A stretch of 64,000 nt of DNA from a virus (Duplodnaviria; Heunggongvirae; Uroviricota; Caudoviricetes), in the IMG/VR virus record IMGVR_UViG_3300027375_000001; one strand, written 5' to 3'. Positions 31,846-39,783 of this stretch are shown here, piece after piece. Position numbers and translations under genes: made by a program. Below the pieces are notes generated by a model. The model was not told the DNA's origin and searched no databases. It was given only the letters and a program-made list of their open reading frames with translations. Position 1 is the first letter of the stretch, and each line of letters begins with the position of its first letter.

Positions 31846-32190
31846 TTAATGCCTCTTTCTTTTCATCATAACTGCTACCCCCGCTGCTGTCATCAGGACT
31901 CCTGGGTTCGTTGGTTCGGGTGCGCTAATATGTTGCCCATAGCAATCCCATTGATTTCCATTCCGCACACAAATACCATCAGGCCCGTCAGAACCTAATG
32001 TATTTAATCGAAAAGAATTTTGCCCATTAACTCCCTGCACTAAAAGGAACCCGATGCTTAAAATTAGTGCCATGTTGAATTTGCTTTTACACCAAATATA
32101 GAATTTAGTAGGAGCTACCATCAAAGAAGTGCGTTGGGGCTCTTCTTGTTTAGATTGATTGTTTGTAGTGGTTGTATGTATAGTGTGCAT
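31846..32190 (-). CDS. secreted small Cys-containing protein (start probably an internal Met)
   Basis: Internal signal-like segment MALILSIGFLLVQGVNG followed by a Cys-containing mature region. Confidence 0.25.
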   Translation of the reverse strand: MHTIHTTTTNNQSKQEEPQRTSLMVAPTKFYIWCKSKFNMALILSIGFLLVQGVNGQNSFRLNTLGSDGPDGICVRNGNQWDCYGQHISAPEPTNPGVLMTAAGVAVMMKRKRH

Positions 32191-32367
32191 GTTTTAAAAT
32201 TGGAGGATGGCTTGAGAATCGCACTCAACAACAAACGTTTTGCAGACGTAGCCCTTCACTAGCCGGGTCGCCATCCAAATTGTGCGGTTCTCTCCCGCAG
32301 TCACTAGTTGAACTGATGTTGGATATCCTCGACATGCGTCCGTCTAGTCGTCCATGCCAAATTTAAA

Positions 32368-32889
32368 TTAGTAGCTCAATACGTATCTGATAGTCACCCT
32401 CTCACCAGGAATCTCGAAGCTTGAGACGTGTTCTGGAGGATCTCCATCTTCGCCTTCCAATTCGATGTCATCTGTACCGTTATAACCTTCAAGGTCATCA
32501 TACAAGTCAGAGATAGCTGATTCGATATATGACGGAAGATAACGCGAATTGTCTTCTTCTGGATTGATGTATCTTCGCCCTCGTTTAATATATGCATCAT
32601 ATTCAACTACAGTCTTGTCACCTGAAGGTCGTGTATATACACCCCCGGGAGTTAATGCTATTGCACCATTTCGATCATATCGTTTGAGAATGTTTTCAAA
32701 TGCTTGAATTGCTTTGGATGTCTTCGCTGGTGCAGTTAGTTCTGCTTCGATAAAAATCGAATATTCTTCAGAGTCGGATGCATTTGATGCGATTTGATCT
32801 GCGTACGCTTCACAGATGAGAGATTGGTCGTTAGTGGGCATAAGAGTATTTAAGGTTAAGTAAGTTGATGTTCTGCAAGTTTGGTACAA
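32368..32889 (-). CDS. hypothetical acidic protein
   Basis: 173-aa ORF. Confidence 0.3.
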   Translation of the reverse strand: MYQTCRTSTYLTLNTLMPTNDQSLICEAYADQIASNASDSEEYSIFIEAELTAPAKTSKAIQAFENILKRYDRNGAIALTPGGVYTRPSGDKTVVEYDAYIKRGRRYINPEEDNSRYLPSYIESAISDLYDDLEGYNGTDDIELEGEDGDPPEHVSSFEIPGERVTIRYVLSY

Positions 32890-33152
32890 AAATCCTTGAT
32901 TGCTTTGTTATATAGTTCCCTGAATGTATCTTCTCCAATATCTCCTTCAACAAGATAATCGATATGATGTACTATATCTGCAGCAGTATCTAATATAATC
33001 ATTGCTACTTCAAACTTATCTAAAATATCAGTAGGATACTTCCGAGCCTGCCTGAATTCATTTGGAACTTCATTGCTATTAATAAGGGACATGATTTCCC
33101 TCGAAATGTCAGTCAATCGAAATTGATTGTAATCAAAATGCCCTCCACTCAT
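32856..33152 (-). CDS. hypothetical protein
   Basis: 98-aa ORF. Confidence 0.3.
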   Translation of the reverse strand: MSGGHFDYNQFRLTDISREIMSLINSNEVPNEFRQARKYPTDILDKFEVAMIILDTAADIVHHIDYLVEGDIGEDTFRELYNKAIKDFCTKLAEHQLT

Positions 33153-33319
33153 ATTTTAGAAATCAATGATTGCATCGAGTGCGATAACCAATGCTTTGAT
33201 AATCAATGCAAAGTACAATATAACTAAAAATCCAATGCTTGTGAAATAAATCAATTTTGGTATTGTAGTGATAATTGAGTCTATATCCATTATGTTGATT
33301 TGGTTGATTTGGTTGAATG

Positions 33320-33395
33320 TGGTGCGGTAGACAGGACTCGAACCTGCAACATTCTGAGTGGAAGTCAGACGCCCTACCAATTGAGCTACTACCGC
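33320..33395 (-). tRNA. tRNA-Gly(UCC)
   Basis: gcggtag/ctaccgc acceptor, D arm agctcaattggtagggc, anticodon arm tctga-CUUCCAC-tcaga, T arm gcagg-ttcgagt-cctgt, CCA encoded. Confidence 0.7.
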
Positions 33396-33419
33396 GTAAA
33401 CAATTATACAACGGGGCTG

Positions 33420-33812
33420 TTAGCCTATCAAGTCTTTTGTTGATGCTCTTGCGTAAAATGTGAACGTAATCGGAATTAGTTTCCATGTGTCGAGTACTTT
33501 TATAATCGGTCTCGTTTCACAATATCCGTCCCACCCCTCGACTACTTCAAATTCATCAGTTTCTTCCATGTCATATTCTTTCTTGCGAAGAATGAAAGAA
33601 CCCGATTCTTCGTCATAAGATATTGCTTTGTTGTATTCTTCCAGAAACCACAGATCAGCATCAACATACAGAGTGTTTGTGCCTTTAAAAAATTTAAGAA
33701 GGTTTTGTTTGAATCTACACTCCCGAACATCAGTACAGTCAGGATGCTTGTATTTTACTATAAACCTTGGATCTGATAATAGTTTATGGAAATGATTAAA
33801 AGATATATTCAT
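33420..33812 (-). CDS. hypothetical protein
   Basis: 130-aa ORF directly upstream (in transcription order) of the DNA ligase. Confidence 0.3.
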   Translation of the reverse strand: MNISFNHFHKLLSDPRFIVKYKHPDCTDVRECRFKQNLLKFFKGTNTLYVDADLWFLEEYNKAISYDEESGSFILRKKEYDMEETDEFEVVEGWDGYCETRPIIKVLDTWKLIPITFTFYARASTKDLIG

Positions 33813-33814
33813 AC

Positions 33815-34951
33815 TTAGAATCCTTCATATCTTACGATTTTCATTTTACCAAATCTAGGAATCCCCTGTGCAGTCTTTCCTTGGTATTTTACTGTGGCTA
33901 GCATCCCTTTGACTTTTTCGCGGTCATTAAATAAGCCACGTGCATATTCTTCGTTGCCAATAACTCCAGTAGAAAAAGCTCTACCGTCTTCAAGAGCCAA
34001 TACTGCTTCTGTGGCTAGTCCGGTGCGATTACCTTGACCTTCTTTGATTTCGACAATATTGAATTCTTCGTCTTGGAATTGTTTGAGTTTCAGAAGTCCT
34101 TTCGATCTTTTATTCTCATAGATAGATGTAGTATCACGAATCATGATACCTTCATATCCATCTTCCACACACTCACTTTCATACTCCGCAATAGCATCGC
34201 TGCCATTTACGAACAATGTAGTAACCATGTTTATATGCTCATTATTACAAAGCCGTAATTGCTTTGTAACCAATTGCCAATTTCTTTCGTCGAAAGTTAG
34301 TTGTCGGTTATTTAGATCAACAAGATCATAAACATGATATTGAATATCTTTGCATTCCGCAGTGTGTTCAATTTGACGAACTAACCCCGAAATCTTTTCA
34401 AACGGAATGGTATGATTGTAAAGCTCACCATCTAGAATAAAAGATTGATTTTCTTTGAATAAATCTTCAAGAGCATTTTCAATATGGGTGCATGAAGTGA
34501 TCTGTTTGCCCTTTCGACTTTGGAGATATACTTTACCATCTTTAAGATACGCAATGCATCTATGTCCGTCTAGTTTGGGCTGAAGAGCCAATGGTGTACC
34601 AGGTGCTAGAGGGTGCTGATCCCATTTATGAGCAAGCATCGGTTCAAAGAAATTCGCACCAGATGATTCCAATGTCTCGCTGAATCCGGCGTCCTTTTTC
34701 TTGCGATAGATAGATTCAGCCTTTTTCAGAGCTTGTTCTTCTGCCGTAGTTGCGTTTGCCTTACCAACATTCTTTGCGAAACAAATAGTCCATTGCGAAG
34801 TAGTCAGCTTGCCTCCTACTTGCCCTTCAATCGTTCGATACTTGTCACCTTCTACTTCAATGCTCCACTGAAGAGGTGCGCCTTTGGTACTGTATTTGTA
34901 AAGTGTTTGCATTGGATTTAATATGTTGAAATTGAATTGCGAGGACTCCAT
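33815..34951 (-). CDS. ATP-dependent DNA ligase
   Basis: Nucleotidyltransferase motif I KxDGxR (QPKLDGHRCIAY) with an adenylation-domain-like context. 378 aa. Confidence 0.7.
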   Translation of the reverse strand: MESSQFNFNILNPMQTLYKYSTKGAPLQWSIEVEGDKYRTIEGQVGGKLTTSQWTICFAKNVGKANATTAEEQALKKAESIYRKKKDAGFSETLESSGANFFEPMLAHKWDQHPLAPGTPLALQPKLDGHRCIAYLKDGKVYLQSRKGKQITSCTHIENALEDLFKENQSFILDGELYNHTIPFEKISGLVRQIEHTAECKDIQYHVYDLVDLNNRQLTFDERNWQLVTKQLRLCNNEHINMVTTLFVNGSDAIAEYESECVEDGYEGIMIRDTTSIYENKRSKGLLKLKQFQDEEFNIVEIKEGQGNRTGLATEAVLALEDGRAFSTGVIGNEEYARGLFNDREKVKGMLATVKYQGKTAQGIPRFGKMKIVRYEGF

Positions 34952-35145
34952 TCGTTTAAATCTACTATTTCATACCAATCACATGGCATATCTCCAATAG
35001 TATAACCACACCTACCGTAGTTATTTTCTTCCATTGTTTCAACCATATTGAGAGCCTCTTCGTATGAATCATACGAATCAACCCAATTGCTTGTACCCGC
35101 ACCAGGATAATAGTCGTGGCCTGCTATCAAAAGATATCTTTTCAT
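34918..35145 (-). CDS. hypothetical protein
   Basis: 75-aa ORF. Confidence 0.25.
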   Translation of the reverse strand: MKRYLLIAGHDYYPGAGTSNWVDSYDSYEEALNMVETMEENNYGRCGYTIGDMPCDWYEIVDLNEWSPRNSISTY

Positions 35146-35167
35146 TTTTAGTATTGGTTATTGAAAT

Positions 35168-35242
35168 TGGTTGTCCCGACTGGAATCGAACCAGCTACCT
35201 ATTCCTTATCAGGGAAGTGCTCTACCGATGAGCTACGAGACA
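35168..35242 (-). tRNA. tRNA-Ile(GAU)
   Basis: D arm gctc-atcggta-gagc, anticodon loop CUGAUAA, T arm tagctgg-ttcgatt-ccagt, CCA encoded. Confidence 0.6.
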
Positions 35243-35248
35243 ATAAAG

Positions 35249-35344
35249 TGGCGGAGTGCACTGGACTCGAACCAGATGGCTTTTTAGCAAAACCACAATC
35301 TGTTTAGCAAACAGTTCCAACGCGCCTGTTTGGTTTACACTCCG
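35249..35344 (-). tRNA. tRNA-Ser(GCU), class II (long variable arm)
   Basis: cggagtg/cactccg acceptor, anticodon loop UUGCUAA, long extra arm, T arm ctgg-ttcgagt-ccag, CCA encoded. Confidence 0.55.
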
Positions 35345-35353
35345 TATTGAAAT

Positions 35354-35428
35354 TGGTATCGCCGAGGGGAATCGAACCCCCATTTGAGGAATGAAAATCC
35401 TCCGTCCTAACCATTAGACGACGGCGAC
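35354..35428 (-). tRNA. tRNA-Glu(UUC)
   Basis: gtcgccg/cggcgat acceptor, D arm cgtctaatggttaggacg, anticodon arm gagga-UUUUCAU-tcctc, T arm ggggg-ttcgatt-cccct, CCA encoded. Confidence 0.7.
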
Positions 35429-35433
35429 ATAAG

Positions 35434-35509
35434 TGGTGGGTTGACTCGGATTCGAACCGAGATGATCTGTTCTTCAGACAGACGCATGAACCATCATTGC
35501 TATCAACCC
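35434..35509 (-). tRNA. tRNA-Phe(GAA)
   Basis: gggttga/tcaaccc acceptor, anticodon arm tctgt-CUGAAGA-acaga, T arm ctcgg-ttcgaat-ccgag, CCA encoded. Confidence 0.7.
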
Positions 35510-35790
35510 GAAATTGGTTTGTCTTTCATGATTTCTATTAGACCTTCATCGATAAGCTTATTGAATATCTCTTTGAATTGTTTTTCAAATTCTATTTGAT
35601 CTTTCTCGGCAATATAATCAAGGAACATGTTGTATACAGAAGCACATGCGCACGCAACGTAATAAGTATTAAAATTTAATCCCGAGTCAGGTGCTTGAAA
35701 TCTAATTAACGGTCTATTCCCTTGTTTGCCATTTTTATCTGTAACTTTGACATTTGCAATGTAGCAGAATGGTTCTATTAGTTGTTCCAT
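35503..35790 (-). CDS. hypothetical protein
   Basis: 95-aa ORF between tRNA sub-clusters. Confidence 0.3.
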   Translation of the reverse strand: MEQLIEPFCYIANVKVTDKNGKQGNRPLIRFQAPDSGLNFNTYYVACACASVYNMFLDYIAEKDQIEFEKQFKEIFNKLIDEGLIEIMKDKPISG

Positions 35791-36039
35791 TTAATTGAAC
35801 AATGGCGAGGTTTCTACTTTTTCAAATTTAGTGATGTACTCATCCAGTACACTAATATATTCTCGAGCACTTTGAATGTCCCGTTGCAATTCTTCAATTC
35901 TGGTTTTATCCTCTGTGCCACATGCCATCCATTCACTATTTTCAATGCGAAGAAGATATTCTGACTTGATGTGAATAAGTTCTTTACGAATGATGTAGTT
36001 GACTAAGTCGTCTGCACATTGGCGTTGAGTTTTCTTCAT
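35791..36039 (-). CDS. hypothetical protein
   Basis: 82-aa ORF. Confidence 0.3.
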   Translation of the reverse strand: MKKTQRQCADDLVNYIIRKELIHIKSEYLLRIENSEWMACGTEDKTRIEELQRDIQSAREYISVLDEYITKFEKVETSPLFN

Positions 36040-36103
36040 GTTATATATTCACATCGGGTGTTGTTATTAGCAACTGCTTTGTGTTTTGATCGCAGTTATA
36101 AAT

Positions 36104-36178
36104 TGGCTCCTCAGGAAGGTTACGCTCCTTCATAATCCCGATTAACAGTCGGGTGCATTGCTAGTCTGCCACTGAGGA
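36104..36178 (-). tRNA. tRNA-Asn(GUU) with a non-canonical T-loop
   Basis: tcctcag/ctgagga acceptor, anticodon arm cccga-CUGUUAA-tcggg, T arm gaagg-AGCGUAA-ccttc (no TPsiC), CCA encoded. Confidence 0.45.
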
Positions 36179-36247
36179 ATATTAAAAATTAAATTAAATT
36201 ATTACTTATATACTATAGCAATATATCAGAGCGTTGACTGTATAAAT

Positions 36248-36322
36248 TGGTGCCTCCGATGGGACTCGAACCCATAACCTTCAGATTAAAAGTCTGTTAT
36301 TCTACCATTGAATTACAGAGGC
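36248..36322 (-). tRNA. tRNA-Lys(UUU)
   Basis: gcctctg/cggaggc acceptor, D arm attcaatggtagaat, anticodon loop CUUUUAA, T arm atggg-ttcgagt-cccat, CCA encoded. Confidence 0.65.
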
Positions 36323-36331
36323 ATGTGCAGG

Positions 36332-36655
36332 TTAAACTTCTATTGAAATTTGATTGTGTGTAGGCCAGAATCTTTTTTTGTTATCTACCTGAATGTCGCG
36401 ATCTACTTTAATGTAAGATCTACCCCAGCCTCTCCATATATGCCCTTGATTCATTTTCCTAGCATGTACTTTGAATGGTTTTTTTGGTGTCATCTTTCTG
36501 CTGATGGCGTAATGATAACACCCGATTTGAATTCCAGGATGGCCGTTTAGTTGATCGGCGTTGTCTAAACAATATGCATATAAAGAGTAATATGCTTCAC
36601 CAGCATTTACATCAATCCACTCATATGTGGGTTTGTTGCGATCTTTTTTAGTCAT
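36332..36655 (-). CDS. hypothetical protein (start trimmed to Met at 36655)
   Basis: The listed ORF extends to 36898 through two tRNA genes. The Met at 36653-36655 (MTKKDRNKPTYEW...) gives a non-overlapping 108-aa CDS. Confidence 0.35.
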   Translation of the reverse strand: MTKKDRNKPTYEWIDVNAGEAYYSLYAYCLDNADQLNGHPGIQIGCYHYAISRKMTPKKPFKVHARKMNQGHIWRGWGRSYIKVDRDIQVDNKKRFWPTHNQISIEV

Positions 36656-36673
36656 TTTTGTTTTCGTTGAAAT

Positions 36674-36769
36674 TGGTACTCCTGGCCGGATTCGAACCGA
36701 CAACCGCGCCCTAATCTGGGGCATACGAAAGGTATAAGCTTTCCGCTCTACCAATTGAGCTACAGGAGC
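36674..36769 (-). tRNA. Leu-type class II-like tRNA carrying an anticodon loop CUUAUAC (anticodon UAU, AUA codon)
   Basis: gctcctg/caggagt acceptor, D arm gctc-aattggta-gagc, anticodon arm gaaag-CUUAUAC-ctttc, ~25-nt extra region (gtatgccccagattagggcgcggtt), T arm gtcgg-ttcgaat-ccggc, A73, CCA encoded. Confidence 0.4.
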
Positions 36770-36783
36770 ACATATGTTGAAAT

Positions 36784-36858
36784 TGGTTGCGGGAGATGGA
36801 CTTGCACCACCGACCTCCTGGTTATGAGCCAGTTGAGCTACTACTGCTCTATCCCGCA
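36784..36858 (-). tRNA. tRNA with anticodon CAU (Met or Ile2-type), T-loop UGCAAGU
   Basis: tgcggga/tcccgca acceptor, D arm gagc-agtagta-gctc, anticodon loop CUCAUAA, T arm ggtgg-tgcaagt-ccatc, CCA encoded. Confidence 0.55.
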
Positions 36859-36915
36859 ATGTGTAGTTAATATTAACACGTGGTTGTGTTGTTATCAACT
36901 TGTTTATTTATAAAT

Positions 36916-36992
36916 TGGTCTGGATGGTGGGATTCGAACCCACGACCTTTTGATCCCAAATCAAATGTTCTACCAAGCTGAACTACATCCAG
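36916..36992 (-). tRNA. tRNA-Pro(UGG)
   Basis: ctggatg/catccag acceptor, D arm gttcagcttggtagaac, anticodon arm tttga-UUUGGGA-tcaaa, T arm cgtggg-ttcgaat-cccac, CCA encoded. Confidence 0.7.
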
Positions 36993-37651
36993 ATAAAATT
37001 ATTTTTGCAATACTCATTAATTACTCTCATGTCTGGCCACGTGATCGTTTGCGACTTCCACGAAATTGGCCTGTACCATATGAATTCAATGTTGTTATTG
37101 ACACAATCACTTAACGAGAAATTCAATATATTTCTTATTTCTTCTTTAGTTAGATTTGTTTTATTTGAGTAATTTTCTATTAAAAATTTTTCATAGTACC
37201 TAACATCATAGTTTGGCTGCAATGCGAAAAATTTAAGCATCTCATCAATTTTCCCACCTATAATAATATCTAAAAAATAAGTGGTAGATGTCTCTATGCC
37301 AGCGATAGCTGTTAGCTTTTCGCGATACGACTTCGCCAGTATCTCTAAATATCTATCATAATCTTGACATAGTATATCAAAACGAGTCCTTAATACATAT
37401 TCATATCCGTTTTCTTTAAGATACTTCAACCCATTATGTACAGTAATAAACTGTGGTTTATATATTTCTTGTTGTTTTACACTATTGTAAATGATTTTAA
37501 AATTGTTGTTTTTTAATTTGTCGACATATTCAGGTGATTCATTTTCCCATATTGATGCTATTTTATTTGTCTGATTTTTGGTCTGTTCAATTAGAACATC
37601 AATGGTGTCACCGTGTACGTTTCCTGTGAATAAAATTGCAGTGTTTGGCAT
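36983..37651 (-). CDS. hypothetical protein (start trimmed to avoid a tRNA)
   Basis: The listed start at 37687 overlaps a tRNA(CAU) gene. An internal Met (MPNTAILFTGNVHGD) at 37649-37651 gives a 222-aa CDS. Confidence 0.35.
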   Translation of the reverse strand: MPNTAILFTGNVHGDTIDVLIEQTKNQTNKIASIWENESPEYVDKLKNNNFKIIYNSVKQQEIYKPQFITVHNGLKYLKENGYEYVLRTRFDILCQDYDRYLEILAKSYREKLTAIAGIETSTTYFLDIIIGGKIDEMLKFFALQPNYDVRYYEKFLIENYSNKTNLTKEEIRNILNFSLSDCVNNNIEFIWYRPISWKSQTITWPDMRVINEYCKNNFIWM

Positions 37652-37660
37652 ATAAATTAG

Positions 37661-37732
37661 TACCTCCGGAAGGACTTGCACCTTCACCGTGTTGCTTATG
37701 AAACAACCATTCTACTTTTGAATTACAGAGGC
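37661..37732 (-). tRNA. tRNA with anticodon CAU (second Met/Ile2-type), T-loop UGCAAGU; no encoded CCA
   Basis: gcctctg/cggaggt acceptor, anticodon arm gttgt-UUCAUAA-gcaac, T arm gaagg-tgcaagt-ccttc. Confidence 0.5.
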
Positions 37733-37737
37733 GTGTG

Positions 37738-37811
37738 GGGCTCAAAGTGGGAATCGAACCCACATCCCTTCCATACCAAGGAAATACACTCACCATTGTG
37801 CTATTCGAGCC
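37738..37811 (-). tRNA. tRNA-Thr(GGU)
   Basis: ggctcga/ttgagcc acceptor, anticodon arm tttcc-UUGGUAU-ggaag, T arm gtggg-ttcgatt-cccac. Confidence 0.55.
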
Positions 37812-37820
37812 AAAAGAAAT

Positions 37821-37894
37821 TGGAAGTCCCTGATGGAATTGAACCATCATAGTCGGAATCAAAATCCGATGCATTACCATTATGCTAAAGGACC
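37821..37894 (-). tRNA. tRNA-Gln(UUG)
   Basis: D arm gcat-aatggta-atgc, anticodon arm tcgga-UUUUGAU-tccga, T arm gatgg-ttcaatt-ccatc, CCA encoded. Confidence 0.65.
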
Positions 37895-37902
37895 ATATAA
37901 AA

Positions 37903-37995
37903 TGGCGGGTAGCTGAGGACTTGCACCCCAACCTAGGTTCGCTAGATCAATCCGCTTTCGAGACGGTTGCAGTACGCTTGTCTGCTTAACTACCC
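37903..37995 (-). tRNA. tRNA-Ser(CGA), class II, T-loop UGCAAGU
   Basis: gggtagt/gctaccc acceptor, anticodon loop CUCGAAA, long extra arm (gatctagcgaacctagg), T arm tgggg-tgcaagt-cctca, G73, CCA encoded. Confidence 0.5.
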
Positions 37996-37997
37996 AT

Positions 37998-38074
37998 TGG
38001 TGCGGCTGACAGGATTCGAACCTGCGACAATATCCTTGGCAAGGATGCGCTCTACCAAATTGAGCTACAACCGC
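37998..38074 (-). tRNA. tRNA-Gly(GCC)
   Basis: gcggttg/cagccgc acceptor, D arm agctcaatttggtagagc, anticodon loop UUGCCAA, T arm gcagg-ttcgaat-cctgt, CCA encoded. Confidence 0.65.
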
Positions 38075-38080
38075 ATAAGA

Positions 38081-38154
38081 TGGAGGCCTATCCCAGAATT
38101 GAGCTGGGGACTATTCATTACGAGTAAATTGTTTTACCACTAAACTAATAGGCC
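38081..38154 (-). tRNA. tRNA-Thr(CGU)
   Basis: ggcctat/ataggcc acceptor, anticodon arm attta-CUCGUAA-tgaat, T arm cccag-ctcaatt-ctggg, CCA encoded. Confidence 0.5.
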
Positions 38155-38159
38155 GAAAT

Positions 38160-38235
38160 TGGCACGTGCTGTCAGAATCGAACTGACCCAGTCGGATTTG
38201 GAGTCCAACTCGCCTGCCTTGGGACATTAGCACGT
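38160..38235 (-). tRNA. tRNA-Trp(CCA)
   Basis: Perfect acgtgct/agcacgt acceptor, anticodon arm ttgga-CUCCAAA-tccga, T arm gtcag-ttcgatt-ctgac, CCA encoded. Confidence 0.65.
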
Positions 38236-38244
38236 AAAAAGAAA

Positions 38245-38318
38245 TGGAGGTCCTGTCCGGAGTCGAACCGGAATCAACGCATTACAAGTGCGTCGTTTTA
38301 CCATTAAACTAAAAGACC
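38245..38318 (-). tRNA. tRNA-Thr(UGU)
   Basis: D arm gttt-aatggtaa-aac, anticodon arm acgca-CUUGUAA-tgcgt, T arm tccgg-ttcgact-ccgga, CCA encoded. Confidence 0.65.
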
Positions 38319-38462
38319 GAAATGTGCTCCACTAAGAGTTAGCTATTTTCCAGTGAGCACTGTTATCATCTACAAACATGCACAAGCCCATGTTTGACCA
38401 GAGCCATATAAGGGATAGCTTGTGAGGATTTCCTCATAAAGTGTGGATAGTTGATGCTTAAT

Positions 38463-38555
38463 TGGCGGGTAACTGAGGACTTGCACCCCAACCTAGGATC
38501 ACTAGATCAATCCGCTTTCAAGGCGGTTACAGCGCGCTTGTCTGTTTAGCTACCC
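38463..38555 (-). tRNA. tRNA-Ser(UGA), class II, T-loop UGCAAGU
   Basis: Paralogous to the 37903 gene. Anticodon loop CUUGAAA, long extra arm, CCA encoded. Confidence 0.5.
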
Positions 38556-38561
38556 ATAAAT

Positions 38562-38637
38562 TGGCGGTGCTGACGGGATTCGAACCCGCATCATCTATCG
38601 TGACAGGATAGCAATTTGCCGATTAAAATACAACACC
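38562..38637 (-). tRNA. tRNA-Asp(GUC)
   Basis: ggtgttg/cagcacc acceptor, anticodon arm ctatc-CUGUCAC-gatag, T arm gcggg-ttcgaat-cccgt, G73, CCA encoded. Confidence 0.65.
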
Positions 38638-38643
38638 AGAAAG

Positions 38644-38736
38644 TGGCGGATGAATGAGGACTTGCACCCCAACCTAGGATCACTAGATCAATCTGTCTTC
38701 CAAACAGATGCAGCACGCTTGTCTGCTTAATCATCC
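38644..38736 (-). tRNA. tRNA-Ser(GGA), class II, T-loop UGCAAGU
   Basis: Anticodon arm tctgt-UUGGAAG-acaga, long extra arm (gatctagtgatcctagg), CCA encoded. Confidence 0.5.
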
Positions 38737-38740
38737 AAAT

Positions 38741-38817
38741 TGGTGGAGATGGTGGGAATCGAACCCACAACAGTCTGATTGCAAATCAGTCTCGCTAGCC
38801 TTAGTACATGCACCCCC
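38741..38817 (-). tRNA. tRNA-Ala(UGC)
   Basis: gggggtg/catctcc acceptor with G3.U70, anticodon loop UUUGCAA, T arm gtggg-ttcgatt-cccac, CCA encoded. The D arm is irregular. Confidence 0.5.
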
Positions 38818-38827
38818 ATTTGAAATT

Positions 38828-38915
38828 GGTGGGTCCTCAAGGAGTTGAACCTTCTGCCGAACCGCCTGACATAACACGGCAATGGATTTACAGTCCACCG
38901 TCAGGAAAAGAACCC
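38828..38915 (-). tRNA. tRNA-Tyr(GUA), class II
   Basis: gggttct/aggaccc acceptor, anticodon arm gtgga-CUGUAAA-tccat, long extra arm, T arm gaagg-ttcaact-ccttg, CCA encoded. Confidence 0.6.
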
Positions 38916-39313
38916 TAAAAAAAGATATGTTATTCAGTGTACTACACTAGGAAACATCAAGCATTTGCTTTACTGGACCCTTGATATCAAGACATTTGAT
39001 ATCTGTAAAAATACTTCATACACTATCAGCTTTTAACTGATGTCACTTTCTGTGATCGCTTGGGCGCTTCAGGTGCTCCCTTGTCGTGAACCTCGTTGTT
39101 TATTTTAACTTTTTTATTATAACTGCGGCGTGTTACACCTGCAAGTCTTTTTTAAAGTTTTTTTCAACTCGCGGATGATCGCTGAGCATCGAGGAGACGC
39201 CACTTGCAACCACCCGCAGCCATTCGATTGGCTGTTGGAGTTGTATAAAAGAAATTAATCTCTGGCGTCTGTGTATTCACGTTAAAATTATTTATATTCG
39301 AGATTTACTATTT

Positions 39314-39610
39314 CTACTCTTTATAGTAAAGTTTTTCAAAATTCTTTAAGGCTTCACTATTAGAATTAAAGGTAGTCATTGCCAAATTATACATCTGGGT
39401 GCAAGTTTCCCAAACGGCATCAATGGATCCGTCGCCAGTGTCTTGATAAAGGTTCATCATTTGTTTCAAAGAGGATTGGGTGTTGTCAATTGCGTCCTTG
39501 AGTGTCGTTTCAAGGCTAGCTACATTGGCGGCACAGGATTGGAGATCCACCTCCTCATTGATTGTTCCTAGATACTGGCGCTGTATTGTTTCGAATTTGG
39601 ATTTGCTCAT
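39314..39610 (-). CDS. hypothetical protein
   Basis: 98-aa ORF. Confidence 0.3.
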   Translation of the reverse strand: MSKSKFETIQRQYLGTINEEVDLQSCAANVASLETTLKDAIDNTQSSLKQMMNLYQDTGDGSIDAVWETCTQMYNLAMTTFNSNSEALKNFEKLYYKE

Positions 39611-39702
39611 ATACTTATTTATATAGTTACAAACAAAATACTATCCATATGCTTTAGAACCTAGCGACTTCATCGTTACTATCACTACAGAAATCTAAAA
39701 AT

Positions 39703-39750
39703 CAAGGGGCTAGATGAGAATTGCCTAAAAATATCTCATCTAGCCCCCTT
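39703..39750 (-). terminator. hairpin with a 14-bp stem (probable terminator between two minus-strand genes)
   Basis: ggggctagatgaga...tctcatctagcccc inverted repeat with a T-rich flank on the minus strand. Confidence 0.4.
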
Positions 39751-39783
39751 AAGGATGGTTCTTCGATTGCTTAATTATTCCTA

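Noticed and set aside
32200-32300. tRNA-like hairpin (ggatggc...gccatcc closing stem) upstream of the 31846..32190 gene
   Set aside because: It has a 7-bp closing stem and a 5-bp internal stem but no T-loop, and no anticodon arm could be folded. Kept only as a possible leader structure.
33163-33486. 107-aa minus-strand ORF
   Set aside because: It overlaps the tRNA-Gly(UCC) gene at 33320-33395 and encodes tRNA-complement-like low-complexity sequence. Spurious.
36656-36898. N-terminal extension of ORF 36332..36898
   Set aside because: The extension runs through two tRNA genes. The CDS was trimmed to the internal Met at 36655.
37608-37931. 107-aa minus-strand ORF
   Set aside because: It lies entirely across three tRNA genes (CAU, Thr, Gln). 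Spurious.
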